From a bacterium (GTDB taxonomy: Bacteria; CLD3; SB21), in assembly GCA_013360215.1 (NCBI GenBank), contig JABWCP010000039.1, positions 1 to 52,700 on the forward strand: a stretch of DNA of 52,700 nucleotides. Reading direction: 5' to 3'. Of the stretch, positions 28,198 through 38,130 are shown in pieces. The number at the start of each line of letters is the position of its first letter. Position 1 is the first letter of the stretch. The notes under the pieces were generated by a model. It saw nothing but the letters and a program-made list of their open reading frames with translations. It made no database searches and was not told where the DNA came from. The position numbers and the translations under genes were made by a program.

Positions 28198-29925
28198 TTA
28201 AGCGGTGGATTGCGGCCGCTGCGATGTACGCGTGTTTTGAGACAACATACGTAATTCTTCGGCGGACGATAACATGTTTTTATTTTGTCGTAATGATTCT
28301 TTGGCGCCGGCATCAATATCTTTGATGCTCATCCAGAGCTGCTCCAAGGCGCTCTGCTGCTGCTGGATCGCTTGCGCGATCTGCTGGACGGACTCCATCG
28401 TCTGGCGCACCATCCAGTATATTTGTTCAAACGATTCGCGCGCATCCCCGGCGTGCCGGATTCCTTCTTTGACCTGCATCAGCTCTTTTTCACTGGCCAG
28501 TACCGATACTTGCGACGCTTTACGCACGTCGAGCAGGATTTTTTTGATCTCTTCGGTGGAGTCGGCGATATTTTGTGCGAGATGCCGGATCTCTTTCGCT
28601 ACGACGCCAAATCGTTCGCCCATTTCCCCGGCGCCTGCGGTTTCGATAGCCGCGTTGAAAGCCAATATTTTGGTTTGATCCGTGATGTAATTAATAATTT
28701 TGATCACATCTTCGATTTGCGTCATTTTGAGACTCAAATCCAAAATACGTTGTGCGCTGGTTTGCGATTCGCGATGTATCTGCTCCATACTCTGCAATGT
28801 ATCCGCTACATGACGTTTCCCGTCTTCCGCTTCCTGACTGCCCTTGAGCGTGGATTGATTGACGGATTTGGAATTTTCGGATATCTGCGCAACCGATTTC
28901 ATCAGCTCTTCGAGCGATGCCGTGATCTGCGCCAATGCCGAGGCATGATTGGAAGCGTAGCTGTTTTGCGATTTTAAGCCGGACAAAATGTGTTCAGCGG
29001 TCGCACCAAGGGGTTGGATTTGATCACGTAAAACGAGCGCCTCCCGTTTGGCCGTGGCCGCAAATCGTTCCGCCGTTTTTTGTAATCGGTATATATCACC
29101 CGCATGCAACATGGTATGACCAACCTCTTCAGACGGATATATGTCCGGACCGGACCAGAGTGTCAACCACCGATCATGCGCCGTCTGCACCGTACGGGTC
29201 GTAAGCCATCCGATAAAGCCAAACATGACAAGCGCCAAAAGTGTAATCGCAACCGGATGATTGTGATAATTATACAGCAAAAGACCGTACCACAGTGTCA
29301 TCGCGAGGATCGGGGCCATGACGCGCGTACGCAGACGAATCCAGACGATATCCGGATCGTTGGCGTCGGGCATTTGCGCCAAAACTTCGGGAAACCGCGA
29401 ACTGCATACATGAATTCGCCACTCCAGCACATAAAATAAAATAATGGAAAAGGGAATTAGACCAAGTAATACCCAAATCAACGTTTTATACATGTATTCC
29501 CATCCGGAAATCGACTGGATTACAAACGGCACGAGCAAAACCGATGAAAGCAATAAACTCATTCCCGCGAGGTACACAAAGTAGAGATAAAAAACCATCG
29601 TTCGGGGATATTTCAGCCATTCGACCCATATCCTGCGAATAGATTCTTCGGATAGCGTACCGCTATGGCTTTCGGCGGTCAATGTTTTTCGAAAAAGCGC
29701 CAGATGCATCATGCCGCCGACTACGATCGTGAGACCGACAACGAGAAATCCGGTCACGGAAACGAAAAACGATTCGTCCGGTGAAAGTTCAAACAACCGT
29801 TGATACGTGATCACATTCCAAATCGCCATCACCAGTGTCACGCACAGCGTGGCTAAAAAAGGTGACCACAGCATGACCCGGTTATCCGATCTGGAATTGA
29901 ATAAAGCGCTCGTTTCGTTTAACAT
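28198..29925 (-). CDS. Methyl-accepting chemotaxis protein with multi-TM N-terminal sensor
   Basis: ITDQTKILAFNAAIETAGAGEMGERFGVVAKEIRHLA hairpin tip; about 6 TM helices at the N-terminus. Confidence 0.92.
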   Translation of the reverse strand: MLNETSALFNSRSDNRVMLWSPFLATLCVTLVMAIWNVITYQRLFELSPDESFFVSVTGFLVVGLTIVVGGMMHLALFRKTLTAESHSGTLSEESIRRIWVEWLKYPRTMVFYLYFVYLAGMSLLLSSVLLVPFVIQSISGWEYMYKTLIWVLLGLIPFSIILFYVLEWRIHVCSSRFPEVLAQMPDANDPDIVWIRLRTRVMAPILAMTLWYGLLLYNYHNHPVAITLLALVMFGFIGWLTTRTVQTAHDRWLTLWSGPDIYPSEEVGHTMLHAGDIYRLQKTAERFAATAKREALVLRDQIQPLGATAEHILSGLKSQNSYASNHASALAQITASLEELMKSVAQISENSKSVNQSTLKGSQEAEDGKRHVADTLQSMEQIHRESQTSAQRILDLSLKMTQIEDVIKIINYITDQTKILAFNAAIETAGAGEMGERFGVVAKEIRHLAQNIADSTEEIKKILLDVRKASQVSVLASEKELMQVKEGIRHAGDARESFEQIYWMVRQTMESVQQIAQAIQQQQSALEQLWMSIKDIDAGAKESLRQNKNMLSSAEELRMLSQNTRTSQRPQSTA

Positions 29926-29926
29926 A

Positions 29927-32848
29927 TTATCCGATCAGGCTTTCGACTGTGTCAATAAGATTGGTTTGGTCAAATGATCCTTTGACGATATAAGCATTGG
30001 CACCCGCTTCGATACCGCGACGCTTATCCTCGGCGGAATCGCGCGATGTCACGATCACCACGGGTATGTGCTGATACGAAGCTTCCGATTTGATGCGCGA
30101 AGTCAGCGTGAGACCGTCCATCGCCGGCATTTCCAAATCGGTTACCACAAGGTCGTATTTCTTTTGCTGTATTTTCTCCAAAGCATCCAACCCGTCTTTG
30201 GCCGTTTCGACATCGTAACCGTAGGCTTGCAATATGGTTTTCTCGATTTCGCGCGTGTTGAGCGAATCGTCCACGACCAAAATACTGCGCGCTGATTTGG
30301 GAATACTTTGCACTTGTTCGCGGACTGAAAAATCTTTGGTCGCACGGATGAGATCGGGCGCGTGCAAGACCATGATGATTTCGTTATTGGAAGCGACGGT
30401 CGCCGACGATATATGTTTGACCTTGGCAAATTGCTTCGGCAATGACTTTACGAGAATCTCCCGTTCATCAATGATATCATCCACCACAAATCCGGCTTTT
30501 TCGCCATTGGCATGGATAATAATCAAAAAACGTTCGTCGCGCTCTTCATCGGAAGCGGCATAACCGACGACTTCATTCAAACGCACGATGGGAATGAGCT
30601 GATTGCGGAGGCGAATCGCTTTTTTCTCCACGACTTCGATGATATCGTCGTGTTTGATTTTGAGTGTCTCGGCCACCGCCTGCATCGGCACGGCAAATTT
30701 ATAAGCCGCCGATTTTACAAACAACGCTCTCAGGGAGGTCAGCGTCAACGGCAGATGGATCGAAAATCGCGTGCCTACATTGGGCGCCGTGACCACTTCG
30801 ATATAACCTTTGATGGATTCGATCGCGCGTTTGACGACATCCATTCCATAACCGCGCCCGGATATGTCGGTGATCAGTTCCGATGTACTGAACGCCGGAA
30901 GAAAAATCAGATTGATCAGATCGTTTTCCGAAAAACGCGAGATATCCTGTTCGTCGGTTACGATTTTCTTTTCGATGGCTTTGGCTTTGATGCGTTCGAG
31001 ATCAATGCCCCGCCCGTCATCTTCGACTTCGATCAGAATGGTATTACCTTCATTGTATGCGGCGATACGCAGAAGACCTTCGGCCGTTTTGCCTGCGGCG
31101 ATGCGATCCGGCGACGGCTCTAGTCCGTGATCGATCGCGTTGCGTATCAGGTGTATCAAAGGCTCGTTGAGGCTTTCTACGATTTTACGATCAAGTTCGG
31201 TTTCCGCACCTTCCACGACGAGCTTCACATCTTTGCCTAAGTTTTTGGCAAGATCGCGTACGGCACGCGGAAATCCGTCGAATATGCTGCGGATCGGCAC
31301 CATGCGCATTCCCATGATACCGGTTTGTATGGCATTCAAAGACAAATCAAAATTGGCTGCTTCTTCGCGCGCGATTTTGATCACATCGGCCAACTCATCC
31401 GCCGTCTCCGATAAACGTTGGGACAGGTGCGGATTATCTATGACATTGCCGGCTTGGGCAGCGTTTTCGTAATCGCGGAGTTCTGAATTCCAATATTTGA
31501 GTGCCAGATAAATTTTGCGCAGTACGGCAATATGCTCTTCGGTTTTGATCTGTTTGGTCGAAATATCACCGACGGACTTGATCAGTTCGTCGAGCTTATC
31601 AATACGCACGTGAACAAACTGATCTGAATTGAGTACCTCTTCTTTTTGCGTAATGCGGCCGGCGTTGATTTGCGTTTGACCCAGCAGTTCACGCGAAGAT
31701 TTTTGTTCCATCAAAAGCTGATTGAGCTGATCGCGATTGATATAACCCAAAGCGACCAATCTTTCGCCCAGAGGCATGCGGGTATCGGTGGTCTGATTGG
31801 CATGCATCAGTTCTTCGCGCGTGATCAATCCCGCTTCGATCAGGCGTTCACCCAAACGATCCGGTCCCGACGCCCCGCTCTTAACTTCGCGTACGGGCCG
31901 CGTTTCACCCACGGGATGCACCGGTTTGCGAATCAAATCCCGGACAGCCTCTTCGGTAGGCACGGCACCCGCATTGATTTCATCCAGCATGTCCATCAAG
32001 GCGGCATTTTGAAATTCATCCTTTTCGGTAATGCGGATTTTTTCGATCAGATCATCTAAACTTTGATACGCCATTACCAATACCTGGTCGGCGCCAGCGC
32101 TCCATGTCAATTTTTTTTCTTTCAATCCGCGAAAGAAGAATTCGGCACGCTGACTGATATTGCCCACGTTTTCAAACTTCATCATGCGGGCGGAACCTTT
32201 GAGCGTGTGAGCGGCGCGGATAGCTATCTCCAGCGACGCGGCATCGTGCTGTTTTTGCCAAGCGGCGGTATGTTGTTTCAAATTACGAACATGTTCTTCG
32301 GCTTCGGTGAGAAACCGTTTGATAAAAAGCCCGCGATCCAGCGTCACCGTTTTGCTCGATTTTTTGGGCGTGACCGGCTCGGCGACCGGTTCCGTCGTCT
32401 CGGTGATTTTTTTATCCGATGTGTCGGCGCTTGCTTCTTTTTGCAATTCGTTGATTTTTCGTTCGGCGATGAGCGTGATGCGATGAAGCCACGACGAAAG
32501 ATCGGCTTCGGAATGCCCGTCGCGAACGATATCGTCCAGATGCGTATCCGTCTTATCAAGCGTGCGCAAAAACGTATCCATCACGGCACGTTCATGCATG
32601 TACTTTTGTTTGTGCGCATTACCGAACGCCTCCTCAAACGCATGCATCAGCTCGCTGATCGCGCGCAGATTGAGCATACGCGCCGAACCTTTGATGGTAT
32701 GCAGCGTGCGCAGGATTTCATCCGGTGCATCGGTATCGCCCGGATTTTTTTCGATACGGAGCAACGCATTGTTCAAACGCCGGATATTTTCCCGTGTTTC
32801 GAGTACAAACTTTTGAATAAATGTGCTGCGATCGAAGCGCGTGTTCAT
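29927..32848 (-). CDS. cheA: Hybrid CheA (2 Hpt, MshEN-like insert, HATPase, CheW, REC)
   Basis: LHTIKGSA and AHTLKGSA; HLIRNAIDHG, DDGRG, SGRGYGMDVV, LPLTL; C-terminal VVDDS..VTDLEMP..KG. Confidence 0.95.
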   Translation of the reverse strand: MNTRFDRSTFIQKFVLETRENIRRLNNALLRIEKNPGDTDAPDEILRTLHTIKGSARMLNLRAISELMHAFEEAFGNAHKQKYMHERAVMDTFLRTLDKTDTHLDDIVRDGHSEADLSSWLHRITLIAERKINELQKEASADTSDKKITETTEPVAEPVTPKKSSKTVTLDRGLFIKRFLTEAEEHVRNLKQHTAAWQKQHDAASLEIAIRAAHTLKGSARMMKFENVGNISQRAEFFFRGLKEKKLTWSAGADQVLVMAYQSLDDLIEKIRITEKDEFQNAALMDMLDEINAGAVPTEEAVRDLIRKPVHPVGETRPVREVKSGASGPDRLGERLIEAGLITREELMHANQTTDTRMPLGERLVALGYINRDQLNQLLMEQKSSRELLGQTQINAGRITQKEEVLNSDQFVHVRIDKLDELIKSVGDISTKQIKTEEHIAVLRKIYLALKYWNSELRDYENAAQAGNVIDNPHLSQRLSETADELADVIKIAREEAANFDLSLNAIQTGIMGMRMVPIRSIFDGFPRAVRDLAKNLGKDVKLVVEGAETELDRKIVESLNEPLIHLIRNAIDHGLEPSPDRIAAGKTAEGLLRIAAYNEGNTILIEVEDDGRGIDLERIKAKAIEKKIVTDEQDISRFSENDLINLIFLPAFSTSELITDISGRGYGMDVVKRAIESIKGYIEVVTAPNVGTRFSIHLPLTLTSLRALFVKSAAYKFAVPMQAVAETLKIKHDDIIEVVEKKAIRLRNQLIPIVRLNEVVGYAASDEERDERFLIIIHANGEKAGFVVDDIIDEREILVKSLPKQFAKVKHISSATVASNNEIIMVLHAPDLIRATKDFSVREQVQSIPKSARSILVVDDSLNTREIEKTILQAYGYDVETAKDGLDALEKIQQKKYDLVVTDLEMPAMDGLTLTSRIKSEASYQHIPVVIVTSRDSAEDKRRGIEAGANAYIVKGSFDQTNLIDTVESLIG

Positions 32849-34308
32849 TTCAAATATTGTTTACAAGCATTGATCAGATAATCGGACGAATAACCTTGTG
32901 CCAAAAATGACACCGAAGTATCCTGTTTATGTTCTAAAATTTTGATAGTGTTGCGAAATTCACGCCGCGCATCGTCCGTTTTCCCGCTTTGGCGATATAC
33001 CGAAGCCAAATAATAATGCGCCATCGCAAGGTCTTTTTTCAAAAACAGCGCTTTTTTCAGTTTTTCCGTTGCGGCGGCAAATTGTCCGGCGTGGTAATCT
33101 ACCAGCCCGCTTAAAAAATAAACCTCCGCATTGAGCGCATCAAGCGCCATCATCGCATCGCAGGTTTTGCGCGCCAAATCGAAGTCTTCCTGCCCAATAT
33201 AGATGAAAGCTTTTAAAATCAAAAAAGGAATTTTAGGTTCTAGCCCGTCAGCGTGCATGTCCCATAATGCCAGAATCTGTGCATACGCGCCGTCTTTGTA
33301 CATTGCAAAGACCTGATCCAAACTGGGCGGCGCTTCCGGTTTGGTGCGTGACGACGCGGATCGGGGCGTTTGCGGTTTGGCGATTTCTTTCGGAGAAGCC
33401 GGACGATGGTGACGTTTCGATTCGTGAAGCGAAGGCGCTATCGTTTTTTTGGTTTTTTCTTCGGTTCCCGTTTTTTTCTGATACAAAAAGACACCGTCGT
33501 AATCCACCAGATCCAAATGGCCGAAATTATGATGCAACGTCTCGGATGAACCCAAAAACAAATAACCCGATTCATTGAGCACTTCGCTCAAGCGGCGATT
33601 CACCGATTGGATTTTATCTTTGGGAAAATAAATGGATACGTTGCGGAAAAAGATCACATCAATGTCGTGCAGATAATCCGGATAATGATCGTCAAACAAA
33701 TTGAGATATTCAAAACGCGTTATGGCGCGAATGCGCTCGTCTATGATCCGGTAATCCATAAGCCGTTGATCAGGGATGCGAAAATAGGTGTTAAGATACG
33801 ACGGGTCTATCGCACGGAAAGAATTGCGGCCAAAATTACCGAGCTGCGCTATCGTCAACGCGTTGCGATCAATATCGGTTGCCAGCACTTCGATATCAAA
33901 ATCACCGAGCAACATGCGCGTTTCGAAAAGGCTGATGGCGATGGTATAAGCTTCTTCGCCGGTCGAGCAGCCCGCGCTCCACACACGAATCCGGCGCTCT
34001 TTCTTTTTACGAAGCAACTCCGGCACGATGTGAGACTTGAGCACGCGAAAATGGGCCGGCTCGCGAAAAAAATACGTTTCATTATTGGTGATGGATTCGA
34101 TGAATTTACGCAATTCATCTTCGCCGGCTTCCCGGCCTGCGATGTGTACGTGGTAGGAATAAAAATCACTAAATCCGGTCTGCGTCATGCGCTCACGGAT
34201 TTTACGTTCCAATTCGCTGCGGCTGTCATCGGGTATGGCGATTCCGCAGAAATCGAGGATCGTTTTCCTAAACGTTTCAAATAATGCGCGGGTAAATTCC
34301 TGTTGCAA
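32845..34308 (-). CDS. cheR: CheR methyltransferase with C-terminal TPR repeats (WspC/FrzF-like)
   Basis: TNNETYFFRE, WSAGCSTGEE, RNVSIYF, GSSE; TPR-like AEVYFLSG..AMAHYYLA. Confidence 0.93.
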   Translation of the reverse strand: MQQEFTRALFETFRKTILDFCGIAIPDDSRSELERKIRERMTQTGFSDFYSYHVHIAGREAGEDELRKFIESITNNETYFFREPAHFRVLKSHIVPELLRKKKERRIRVWSAGCSTGEEAYTIAISLFETRMLLGDFDIEVLATDIDRNALTIAQLGNFGRNSFRAIDPSYLNTYFRIPDQRLMDYRIIDERIRAITRFEYLNLFDDHYPDYLHDIDVIFFRNVSIYFPKDKIQSVNRRLSEVLNESGYLFLGSSETLHHNFGHLDLVDYDGVFLYQKKTGTEEKTKKTIAPSLHESKRHHRPASPKEIAKPQTPRSASSRTKPEAPPSLDQVFAMYKDGAYAQILALWDMHADGLEPKIPFLILKAFIYIGQEDFDLARKTCDAMMALDALNAEVYFLSGLVDYHAGQFAAATEKLKKALFLKKDLAMAHYYLASVYRQSGKTDDARREFRNTIKILEHKQDTSVSFLAQGYSSDYLINACKQYLK

Positions 34309-34317
34309 CGGTTATCC

Positions 34318-35376
34318 TCAGGCGTCGGTTTTGATACCCGTCCAACGGGTTATTTGTTCGGCGATACGCTCCGCCGGTAAAACGATTTCCGCGGCGCCTA
34401 TGTCTATCGCGGCTTTGGGCATACCGAAAATCAGCGAAGTCGCTTCGTCTTGTACGATCGTATGTCCGCCGTTTTGTTTTATAGCCAGCATACCGTCGGC
34501 GCCGTCCCGGCCCATACCGGTCAAAAGTACGCCCACCGCATGCCGCTTGGCATGGGTCGCCAGCGAACGCAAAAGAACCGAACCCGACGGTTTGTGCCCG
34601 GATACGTCTTCTTTTTCACTCAGAACGATTTTGTTTTGCGCTCCGATTTCCAGGTGTTTACCGTTGGGAGCGATATATACCGTACCGCGTGCCAACGCCT
34701 CACCCTGTTCGGCGGACTTGACCCGAAGCGGCGACACGTCGGCAAGCCACTGGATCAGACCGTCGGTAAACCCGTCGGCAAGGATCAGACCGTCGGTAAA
34801 CCCGTCGGCAATATGCTGCACGACCAATACCGGCGCGGAAAGGTTTTTGGGCAAAGAACCCAGTATCGAAGCCAGCGCACGCGGGCCGCCGGTGGACGCA
34901 ACGATGCCGATGACACGCAAAAAATCACTCGTATCGTTGACGGTTTTGACATCCACCATTTTGCCTGAGATATGCGTAATCACTTTGACCCGTGCGATCA
35001 ATTTTACTTTGCGAATAAATTCTTCGTATTTACGCGCATGAAAATCCAATTCGAGGGAGGGCTTCTCGACCACTTCCAGCGCGCCAAACGATAACGCCTG
35101 AAACGCAATGCTCGCATCCGTACTGGAGGTGATCACCAAAATCGGCGTCGGATAGTGCGCCATGATTTGTTTGATCGCATCAAGGCCGTTCATGATCGGC
35201 ATCTGGATATCCACCGTGATCACATCCGGGCGCAGCGTTTCGGCCATAGCCACGGCTTCGCGGCCATTGACCGCTTTACCGACAATACGGATATCGTCAT
35301 CGGTTTCCAAAATCGTGGCGATAATGTCCACGGCGGTCGGCGAATCATCGGCAATCAGAACACGAATCTGACTCAT
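34318..35376 (-). CDS. cheB: CheB methylesterase (REC plus esterase)
   Basis: DIQMP receiver; ASTGGP, VVQH, LTGMGRDG; contains a 10-aa tandem duplication. Confidence 0.95.
   Translation of the reverse strand: MSQIRVLIADDSPTAVDIIATILETDDDIRIVGKAVNGREAVAMAETLRPDVITVDIQMPIMNGLDAIKQIMAHYPTPILVITSSTDASIAFQALSFGALEVVEKPSLELDFHARKYEEFIRKVKLIARVKVITHISGKMVDVKTVNDTSDFLRVIGIVASTGGPRALASILGSLPKNLSAPVLVVQHIADGFTDGLILADGFTDGLIQWLADVSPLRVKSAEQGEALARGTVYIAPNGKHLEIGAQNKIVLSEKEDVSGHKPSGSVLLRSLATHAKRHAVGVLLTGMGRDGADGMLAIKQNGGHTIVQDEATSLIFGMPKAAIDIGAAEIVLPAERIAEQITRWTGIKTDA
34752..34811. repeat. Exact 30-bp tandem duplication inside cheB
   Basis: GGATCAGACCGTCGGTAAACCCGTCGGCAA at 34752-34781 and 34782-34811. 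Confidence 0.95.
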
Positions 35377-35420
35377 ACGAATAAAAAAGGTAGGTGAGAA
35401 CGCGTTTTGAATATGGGGAA

Positions 35421-35449
35421 AATATATATCAGACGGCCTGCATATACAA
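35421..35449 (-). promoter_or_regulatory. Sigma70-like promoter of the che operon
   Basis: Minus strand TTGTAT-17 bp-TATATT. Confidence 0.55.
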
Positions 35450-35498
35450 GGTTTAGTCTACAAAATATCGCGCCGTTTCCCGCATCCGGTTAAAATTC

Positions 35499-35527
35499 TT
35501 GCATTACGCCGGTATCGTGCCTATTTT
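35499..35527 (+). promoter_or_regulatory. Sigma70-like promoter, probably leaderless
   Basis: TTGCAT-17 bp-TATTTT preceded by GCC; ATG at 35534 begins 7 nt after the -10 box. Confidence 0.6.
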
Positions 35528-35533
35528 GGGCGC

Positions 35534-36634
35534 ATGAAATCTTTGCCGATGTTACGCATCCCCATCGTACGTTATTATTGCCTGCATTTGCATACCCATG
35601 CACCGCACGATACGGTACCGTATCCTGATTTGTATGCCTCCTTTGCGCAGACCGCGTATTCACAAATGATACTCAGCGATGTCGCTTCGGATCAAAAAAC
35701 CATGCAAAAGCAGGCGCGCAATACGGCATTGGACGAATTTCAGGTTATCGAAAATTATACGGCCAAATTAGATGACCATTCTACGATCAATATCACCATC
35801 TACGAAGCCTACGATCTGCCCAAAGATCTTTTGATCGCCGATTTATCCGAAGAGCTTTTGGAAACACTGGAAATCATTTATCTTTTTTATAAAGGCGCTA
35901 TTTTCCCGGGCATTCACAAACTGGAAATGCTGCTTGATATGGGCGTCATCGCCATGTTGCCGTTTCGTGAAATTTTGTCGCGCGTGCTCCCGGATATGCT
36001 CAAAATCAATATACTCGCCGAATACCAGCTGATGAATTTTGACAAACACGATGACGATTTTATTGATTTCAATCTGATCTGGTTTCTCGGAAAACTCAAT
36101 CTGCAAACCGTGGACAAGTTTCTCAGCGATAACGATTGGCATCACGACACGCCTGATTTTAATAACCGCGACGAAGAATCACCGCCGTTCGGCGATGCGT
36201 ACGATCCCGCCGAGTCGGAATCCAATGACGCCGACGCGTCGGCCGGTGCATTTGATCTCAATGAAGAAGATCGTTTGCTAAAAACCGAATTGGAAAACGA
36301 ACTCAAACATTTTTATCAGGATCAGTCACATTTTTATACCCGCGTAGTCGGACTGCGCCATACGGAGTTTGACATCAGCACGCTGAGCGAAGGTGCGCGG
36401 CTGACGCTCGTGCCGGAACCCGAAAATACGCACGACCCTATGGCCGTGAGCGTGCACAGCGCCCGCGGTGAAAAAATAGGTTACCTCAAAAAAGAACTGG
36501 CGGCCTTACTTTTTTCGGAATTGCGCCAAGGCGTAGTTTTTCACGCCACCGTCGTCAAAGTTTTGCCCGACGCCGAAGAAGCCAATCTGCGCTTGCATAT
36601 ACTGGTCCGGAAGTGGACGCATCATTTCAACTAA
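35534..36634 (+). CDS. Protein with C-terminal HIRAN domain
   Basis: TRVVGLRH..LTLVPEPENTHDPMAVSV..GEKIGYL HIRAN signature; acidic linker; N-terminal domain not recognised. Confidence 0.8.
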   Translation: MKSLPMLRIPIVRYYCLHLHTHAPHDTVPYPDLYASFAQTAYSQMILSDVASDQKTMQKQARNTALDEFQVIENYTAKLDDHSTINITIYEAYDLPKDLLIADLSEELLETLEIIYLFYKGAIFPGIHKLEMLLDMGVIAMLPFREILSRVLPDMLKINILAEYQLMNFDKHDDDFIDFNLIWFLGKLNLQTVDKFLSDNDWHHDTPDFNNRDEESPPFGDAYDPAESESNDADASAGAFDLNEEDRLLKTELENELKHFYQDQSHFYTRVVGLRHTEFDISTLSEGARLTLVPEPENTHDPMAVSVHSARGEKIGYLKKELAALLFSELRQGVVFHATVVKVLPDAEEANLRLHILVRKWTHHFN

Positions 36635-36662
36635 CCGGACGACGCCCTCCCACGCACACACC

Positions 36663-37580
36663 ATGGACATTTCAACGCTCAATCACGCTGTACTCGCGGC
36701 CAAACCGTATCTCCAAAACGGCCGTGTCGCCGACTATATCCCGGCTTTGCGCGAAGCGGATGCGCAACATTTGGGCGTAGCCGTAGCGGACACCGGCGGT
36801 ACAGTGATTGGTGCCGGCGACTGCCAGGTTTCTTTTTCGATACAAAGTGTGTCCAAAATTTTTTCATTAGCTTGTGTGCTCCGGCAGCGCGGTCTGGATG
36901 CCGTACTGCAGCATGTGGGTATGGAACCCAGCGGCAATCCGTTTTATTCGCTGGTGCAGCTTGAGTACGAATCCGGCAAACCGCGTAATCCGTTTATCAA
37001 TGCCGGCGCCATCGCCGTGACCAGTTTATTACCCGGTCAGACGGCCGGCGAAAAATCCGAATTTTTATGCCGTTTCCTGTCCGAGATATCCGGGACTCCG
37101 ATCGCGGTCAATGAAAAAGTTTATTTCTCTGAATACGAAACAAGCCATCGTAACCGCGCCGTGGCGCATTTTATGAAACATTTTGGCAATCTTGAGGGCA
37201 ATGTCGAAGAGGCCGTTAATGCTTATTTTCAGCAATGCTCGATCACGATGGATGCGGTTACACTGGCGCGCCTCGGGCTTTTTTTGGCACAACACGGCAC
37301 GGATCCGGTTTCCGGCAAAACCATCGTGGATGCCAAAAGCCAGCGTTTCTTATTGGCCATGATGACCATGTGCGGCTTGTATGACGCCTCGGGAGAGTTT
37401 GCCGTACGCGTGGGTTTACCGGCCAAAAGCGGCGTGGGCGGGGGTATTTTTACCGTCGTGCCCGGCCGTTATACGATCGTTACATTCGGGCCGGCCTTGG
37501 ATGACAAAGGAAATAGCATCGGCGGCATTCAAATATTAGAACATCTCTCTTCGGCCTGCCAACTTTCCTCCTGGGTATAA
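36663..37580 (+). CDS. glsA: Glutaminase
   Basis: VADYIPAL, FSIQSVSK, VGMEPSG, PRNPFINAGA, GLYDASG, PAKSGVGGG. Confidence 0.96.
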   Translation: MDISTLNHAVLAAKPYLQNGRVADYIPALREADAQHLGVAVADTGGTVIGAGDCQVSFSIQSVSKIFSLACVLRQRGLDAVLQHVGMEPSGNPFYSLVQLEYESGKPRNPFINAGAIAVTSLLPGQTAGEKSEFLCRFLSEISGTPIAVNEKVYFSEYETSHRNRAVAHFMKHFGNLEGNVEEAVNAYFQQCSITMDAVTLARLGLFLAQHGTDPVSGKTIVDAKSQRFLLAMMTMCGLYDASGEFAVRVGLPAKSGVGGGIFTVVPGRYTIVTFGPALDDKGNSIGGIQILEHLSSACQLSSWV

Positions 37581-37710
37581 GCATTTCCCTTGTTATTAAC
37601 GACTTCATACTTGAATTTTAATTGGCTTTTAGCAAAAAGCGTTTGGTTTGCAGACTATGTTGTGACCGTTATGTGACGCATAACATAATATCGAAATATC
37701 CCTTACCATT

Positions 37711-37910
37711 TCTCTTTGCGACTTGGCGAAAAAAATATTCTCGCTAAGACGCCAACCCCTACCCTGCCGTTCCCGCGAAAGGGGGAATGACCGTTGTGTA
37801 TGAGCACCCGCGTGCGCGGGTGAGACAATGTAAAATCACACCTGTTTCTATTTTCTCTTTGCGGCTTTGCGAGAAATTATACAAGCTCGCCAAGGCGCTA
37901 AGGCGCGAAA
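37711..37910. repeat. Cluster of degenerate REP-like hairpins
   Basis: Two CTTTGCG-CTT-GCGA/TCGC-AAG-CGC imperfect inverted-repeat units, plus TTCCCGCGAAAGGGGGAATGAC and CACCCGCG-TG-CGCGGGTG hairpins. Confidence 0.55.
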
Positions 37911-38039
37911 AAAACATCAAGACCATATAATTGAGTTTCATGCGTTTTAACGATGCGCATTGGGGTCGCTGGTTACGTTTTGACCGTTATACGATCATTA
38001 ATAATTTACGATATATCGCCAAAAACTTACCAAAATCAT

Positions 38040-38068
38040 TTGACCGCGATGGGTATTTTGCCTATCTT
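38040..38068 (+). promoter_or_regulatory. Sigma70-like promoter of etfBA
   Basis: TTGACC-17 bp-TATCTT preceded by GCC. Confidence 0.65.
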
Positions 38069-38130
38069 CGGCGCGCGTACAGCCTATGTGATTTTGCATA
38101 TTTTAACATATTATTTCGGAGGATTTTTTA

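Noticed and set aside
37765-37826. Hairpins resembling type I-E/I-C CRISPR repeats
   Set aside because: Two dissimilar single hairpins with no repeat-spacer periodicity and no cas genes; they fit REP-like elements better.
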